A DNA stretch of 64,000 bases from contig CAVXWP010000008.1 in assembly GCA_963765495.1 (NCBI GenBank), positions 352,001 through 416,000 on the forward strand. The letters run 5' to 3'. Of this stretch, positions 59,730 to 64,000 are shown piece after piece (position 1 is the first letter of the stretch; every line of letters begins with the position of its first letter). Under the pieces are notes generated by a model that worked only from the letters and a program-made list of their open reading frames with translations, ran no database searches and had not been told where the DNA came from. The translations under genes and the position numbers were made by a program. Source of the stretch: Blastocatellia bacterium (GTDB taxonomy: Bacteria; Acidobacteriota; Blastocatellia; UBA7656).

Positions 59730-61001
59730 TCAACCGGCTTGCAATTCAGATAGCCTAATCGCGGGCAGGCACGGTTGCAGGGGCAGGTTTGAATCCGCGC
59801 AAGGCTCAGATTTGCAGTGCGCTTTTCGAGCTTGCTTCCGCATATACATCGCAGTGTCTGCCTGTTCGATGGCTCCTCTGATTTGAGGCACATCATCAAA
59901 GGCGGCAAATCCATGCGATACTATTGTCTTTATGCTTGCGGGCAATTCCGGGAGTGTGGTTTCAGACAGAATTTTGTCGAGTCGAACCGTTCGGCCCCAG
60001 ACATCCAGTTCAGAGCCCTCGAAAATTAGTAACAGGAATTCATCACCTCCCCAACGAAACAACATTCCGTCATTGCTTGAGATGGAGCGGATGCTTGAGG
60101 CGACGGCCTTGATCGCCTTGTCACCTGCCGAGTGCCCATAAGAGTCGTTTATCGGCTTGAGATTGTCTATGTCGATCACGACCGCCCACCCGCTCTTTTT
60201 ATCCCTGCTCTCTTCACGATGGTCTTCAACCAGCGAATAAAAAGCGTGGCGATTCAGCGCCCCTGTGAGGGGGTCTATCCGGGCCAGATTCTCAAGTCGA
60301 TCTCGTGCGGCAATCAGTTCACTGTTGGTTATCTCTACATCACTTCTCACTTTATCCATTACAGCCATTACCGAACCAAATCCGAGCAGGATTTCAAGGA
60401 TCAGATCATAAAGTGAAGTGAATTTGAGATAGCTGACATTGGTGATATGGAAGACTTCAACCGCCGTCATTACCGGGACATAATGAAAAAAGTCTATGGC
60501 TAGCGAGGCAAGCGCGATTGTCATTACCCAATAACCTGGACCTGAACTCATATTGCGCCTGGCGGGTCTGAGCGCATCGAAGGCTTTCGCGAAGAGTATC
60601 CCCATTATCGCTGCGTGAGGGATGAAGATGCGATTGAAGTTCGAGGAGACGGTCGGAAGCGCAACCGCCACAATCACAAGTGCTGATATCCAGTACCAAC
60701 TCCTCCGGTCAAAATCCTGATCGCTCGAATGATTTCGACATCCGGCTATCAGCATCAACCCGAACATGTATTCCCCAAGAAAATAGATGGAGAACATGAA
60801 TGACCGGCAGGCTTCAACCCGGAAACCGACCGAGAGGGCTATGAGGGCAACCGACAGACTCACCCAGGCTATGGACCAGTAATTTAGCGCCTTTCGCCTG
60901 AATGATCTGATCATGAAAAGAGTGAGCACCATTATGAGGATGATCCCCGCGCACTGAACTGTGAGGCCAATGATGCTTTGAATATCCATTGAATCCGCCA
61001 A
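59730..61001 (-). CDS. Membrane-bound diguanylate cyclase (multi-TM + GGDEF)
   Basis: About seven TM segments; DPLTGALNR, INDSYGHSAGD and RWGGDEF. Confidence 0.92.
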   Translation of the reverse strand: MADSMDIQSIIGLTVQCAGIILIMVLTLFMIRSFRRKALNYWSIAWVSLSVALIALSVGFRVEACRSFMFSIYFLGEYMFGLMLIAGCRNHSSDQDFDRRSWYWISALVIVAVALPTVSSNFNRIFIPHAAIMGILFAKAFDALRPARRNMSSGPGYWVMTIALASLAIDFFHYVPVMTAVEVFHITNVSYLKFTSLYDLILEILLGFGSVMAVMDKVRSDVEITNSELIAARDRLENLARIDPLTGALNRHAFYSLVEDHREESRDKKSGWAVVIDIDNLKPINDSYGHSAGDKAIKAVASSIRSISSNDGMLFRWGGDEFLLLIFEGSELDVWGRTVRLDKILSETTLPELPASIKTIVSHGFAAFDDVPQIRGAIEQADTAMYMRKQARKAHCKSEPCADSNLPLQPCLPAIRLSELQAG

Positions 61002-61079
61002 GATGAATTCTCCAAACCGGGGAAAGGAATTCTAAGGGGCTTACCGTTAGCGATACACAAGGACTTCAACCACGCTATG

Positions 61080-61094
61080 GCAAACCCTGTGCCT
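61080..61094 (-). promoter_or_regulatory. Putative sigma-54 (-24/-12) promoter
   Basis: Minus strand AGGCAC-AGGGT-TTGC, with correct GG-N10-GC spacing, ~80 bp upstream of the GGDEF gene. Confidence 0.6.
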
Positions 61095-61420
61095 CTCCAC
61101 TTCCCTGATCAAATTGTCATTTCCGAATTCGATCAGACCACAAAAAAGTAGATCCGTTCCCTGCCTGACTCCTCCCTTGAAAGGGGTATATATCTGCCGG
61201 ATAATCAAAATCTCCTGATTCAGTCCCCTCCCGAACGGTCCTCTCCACTCGTCTGAGAGTGATAAAAAAACAAGGTGGAAAGAGTCTTTCGTTTCCGCAT
61301 CAGGGTCTGAGCTTCATCAATTTCGGTATCTAGACCACCGAATTGACTGAATGACCCGTTCATTTTGATTGAAGTTGTAACCGTGATAATCTTGCTTGCA
61401 GAAGTCGATGGAGGGCAATA

Positions 61421-61642
61421 ATGAATAAACGAATGACCGGGGTCTTAAAAATTTTCTCAGAGATGAAGAGTGATTCACTCGATTTGCACACACTGTTTGA
61501 AGCCGGGGGAAACGACACCGAAGCGCGCAAGGAGATTGTCGACATCGTGGCACACCTCGCTTGCGAGGGATATCTTGAAGGCCAGGGCAGTGACTTTTAT
61601 TCGCTGACCGAAAAGGGTCGGCGGGCAATCAAAAAGACATGA
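61421..61642 (+). CDS. Hypothetical small protein (winged-helix-like)
   Basis: GGAGGG RBS; LxxEGYL...YSLTEKGR resembles a wHTH wing. Confidence 0.65.
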   Translation: MNKRMTGVLKIFSEMKSDSLDLHTLFEAGGNDTEARKEIVDIVAHLACEGYLEGQGSDFYSLTEKGRRAIKKT

Positions 61643-61830
61643 AATCAATCACCGATGCGCTGCTCACGATTGCCGTACTCGGCGGGATTTTGATCGCGAG
61701 CGCGATATTTACAAACATGTTTACGCGCGCAATGTATTTTCAGTGCGGGGCGTGTCGGGCGCTGAACGCCAAACGGAGAACTCATTGCAGGCTGTGCGGA
61801 GAAAAACTTAATACGGAGCGCAAATCGTGA
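61639..61830 (+). CDS. Small membrane protein with zinc ribbon
   Basis: TM helix followed by CGAC...CRLCG; ATGA-coupled to the previous ORF. Confidence 0.65.
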   Translation: MKSITDALLTIAVLGGILIASAIFTNMFTRAMYFQCGACRALNAKRRTHCRLCGEKLNTERKS

Positions 61831-61841
61831 TGCGGAAAGAC

Positions 61842-61934
61842 TGATTCGTGATGCGTGACTTGTGAAGACACGTCAGATTACAAGGCTATCGTTCATTTAT
61901 ATTGTATTTGGTTCGGATCACGCATCACGAATCA
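61842..61934. repeat. Heptamer-based inverted repeat between convergent genes
   Basis: TGATTCGTGATGCGTGA (61842-61858) and TCACGCATCACGAATCA (61918-61934) are perfectly complementary. Confidence 0.8.
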
Positions 61935-61945
61935 CGCATCAGTCA

Positions 61946-64000
61946 TTACAGATTCAAGGAACGGGCTTTTTCCTCTATTGCCTCGTATAACTGCGATTTC
62001 TCACTTTCGCTCACGGCCTGGCGGTATGAGGTGAGCAGGTCTTTTATCGAAATAAGCTCTTTATATAATCCGGCATTTTCAATAGGCGGGGTCAGATATG
62101 AAATCAGTTCGCCGTATGACCGCCGTTTGGCGATTGTTCCCTCCGAGGGATTGTTTACGCTGTAAATGTATATGTTCGGCATCTCGCCGATCAGCCGATC
62201 AGGCCAGCACCGCGATGATAGACCAACTTGCTTGCCGGGCATAAATTCCGTAGCTCCGTGTGTCCCTACGTGGATCAGCGCATCCGCGCGAAATATCTTT
62301 TCAATGTATGTGTAAAGCCCCATAAAGGCGTGGTGGGGCGCTCCGCTTTCGGCGGCAAGCAATCGCATCGGATCGCCTTCATACCCAAACGTAGGCTGGA
62401 CCCCTATAAAGATGTTTCCCAATCTCAGGCCAGGGATCAATATCTCTCGCCCGTTGGAGTTTATCATCCCCGGCGGACGCCCCCATTCATCTTCAATCTC
62501 CGAGACATAAGGGCAAAAGGATCGGTATTCGTCTACGCTCATTCGATATGCAATGTTGGCGACCGATCCAAAATCCGATGAGTTACCATCAAGCAACAAA
62601 CCGCGCAAATGGTCGGGGCTATCGGGAATTTCAAGATCGTAACCTTCAACCTTTAACCGCTTAAGTATCTCAAAGAGGCTCCTGAATACATCCAGGTCGG
62701 CTGCGGTTCCTATGTTTCCTTTGTTTGGCGGGAAGCAAAACAGGATGTATGCGAGCCTCAAATCTTTTCTTTCCGCAATCCGCAGATGATTCCATCGCGC
62801 CAGTCTCCGAGCGATCCTTGCGCACCTGTCTTCAATGGGCTCGGGTTGAATGCCGCTTTCTGTAATACCGCCAAAGACAAACCCTTCGGTCGCTCCGTCT
62901 ATTTCTGGAATCGCAACCTGCATCGCCGTTTGCACGGGGTTGAGTCCCAATCTGCTTGCCTCCCAGCTTTCAACCGTTTGAACATCGAGCGACACCATCG
63001 ACCGATAAGGCAAATTGAATTCCTTAAAGAATTCAACCGCAGCCGATGAATCGTTCATAGCCGGCCCCCCGACAAAACTGAAGCCCGTGAGCGAGAGTAT
63101 TTCACTTACACGCGGGCTCGGTTTTTCACTCCCCCCACGATCAAGGAAGAATTCGCGGCACGCTTCCCGGTTGTCCATAAAGGTAGAGATTGCAGGGATT
63201 ATGGAAAGCCCCTCTGCCTCGATTGCCCGCATCAAGCCGTCGTAATGCAGCCGCGACCCGCTGACAATTTGCGGCCTCATCAGCAATAAACCGAGAGTCT
63301 TCTCCGGGTCCAGTCGTCTACCTTTTACCTGCTGATACCATCCCCTGTACTCTTCGAAGGTTTCAAACAGCCCATCGGCATCCGGGTGATAAATTGCTAC
63401 TGTTGGAGCACGTTCGAACGCTCCCGGTTCGATTACTTCCTTCCCGTCAGGTGAATAATGCTTGACGGCATAAAGCAGCATTGACCGTATGTTTCCGGGT
63501 GTCGGTTGCAGGAAATAACAGAACAGATTCAGATAGTGCTTGATGTCTTTGAGTTTGCCCGCGCCGGGGACAAATTTAAGTATCGCGGGCAATCTGTTTA
63601 CGAGCTTTAGATATGCCCCGGCGTTGCGGGGTGCGGCGTGCCCGTTTTGTTTGCCGCCGTTTGAGGAGGCTGATTTTGTGTTCGCCCCCTTTACCTGTTC
63701 TGCCATCCACGAGCCAATTCTCTTCACGAGATTCCGGCTCGATTCAACATCCCCTGTCTTACTCCCGCTCGCCCGAGATTTCATCAGGCTCGCGAAATCA
63801 AGCCTCCCCATTCGCGTCCGCCGCATCAGTTCGGGCATACAATTGAAGGCGATGACGGTCCTGGATGCATTACTCATCTGGTCAAGGATTTCACCTATCC
63901 GCAGAGCGTTTTCGCCTTCTGTAACATGTATGATGAAGATGATTTCAGACCCGATTAAATCTCTTTCCGCCCCCTGCCATTCATCTTCCGTGAGCGGCAG
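61946..64000 (-). CDS. BchH/ChlH-CobN family chelatase H subunit, N-terminal part only (5' end outside the window)
   Basis: The frame is open to 64000. Motifs FNCMPELMR, SLTGFSFVGGPA, QVAIPEIDG, FPPNKGNIGTAA, HVGTHGATEFMPGKQ and NNPSEGTIAKRR; stop shortly after SYLTPP. Confidence 0.85.
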   Translation of the reverse strand: MPLTEDEWQGAERDLIGSEIIFIIHVTEGENALRIGEILDQMSNASRTVIAFNCMPELMRRTRMGRLDFASLMKSRASGSKTGDVESSRNLVKRIGSWMAEQVKGANTKSASSNGGKQNGHAAPRNAGAYLKLVNRLPAILKFVPGAGKLKDIKHYLNLFCYFLQPTPGNIRSMLLYAVKHYSPDGKEVIEPGAFERAPTVAIYHPDADGLFETFEEYRGWYQQVKGRRLDPEKTLGLLLMRPQIVSGSRLHYDGLMRAIEAEGLSIIPAISTFMDNREACREFFLDRGGSEKPSPRVSEILSLTGFSFVGGPAMNDSSAAVEFFKEFNLPYRSMVSLDVQTVESWEASRLGLNPVQTAMQVAIPEIDGATEGFVFGGITESGIQPEPIEDRCARIARRLARWNHLRIAERKDLRLAYILFCFPPNKGNIGTAADLDVFRSLFEILKRLKVEGYDLEIPDSPDHLRGLLLDGNSSDFGSVANIAYRMSVDEYRSFCPYVSEIEDEWGRPPGMINSNGREILIPGLRLGNIFIGVQPTFGYEGDPMRLLAAESGAPHHAFMGLYTYIEKIFRADALIHVGTHGATEFMPGKQVGLSSRCWPDRLIGEMPNIYIYSVNNPSEGTIAKRRSYGELISYLTPPIENAGLYKELISIKDLLTSYRQAVSESEKSQLYEAIEEKARSLNL

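Noticed and set aside
61348-61366. Second FadR box (TGAATGACCCGTTCATTTT)
   Set aside because: The spacer is one base too long and the right arm is incomplete.

Overview
A 64-kb bacterial chromosomal segment, most likely Acidobacteriota (Blastocatellia-like; inferred from gene content only). It appears to begin at the replication terminus. A dif-like 28-mer at 1398-1425 coincides with a switch from G-rich to C-rich + strand, the first ~11 kb look AT-richer by eye, and most downstream genes are on the - strand pointing toward the site. Main content, in order: (1) a sigma-54 regulatory block with an NtrC/AtoC-type response regulator, a PAS kinase whose ATPase domain is degenerate, an unknown secreted protein, and a 1169-aa enhancer-binding protein whose N-terminus is an IS630-transposase-type DNA-binding module followed by TPRs; (2) an FG-GAP surface protein; (3) sugar-oxidation genes and a uxaC-uxaE-uxuB-LarA-family-exuT-GMC hexuronate operon; (4) a Bacillus-type fadR-fadD-fadN(frameshifted)-fadA-fadE operon with a FadR box; (5) a two-gene NLR-like module (TIR-TIR-AAA_35 plus AAA_35-TM-14xWD40); (6) PBP1A, topA, dprA, comM and a GGDEF gene with a sigma-54-like promoter; (7) a C-terminally truncated BchH/ChlH-type chelatase subunit. 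I saw no rRNA, tRNA, CRISPR array or intact mobile element. All family assignments come from reading motifs, not from database searches.
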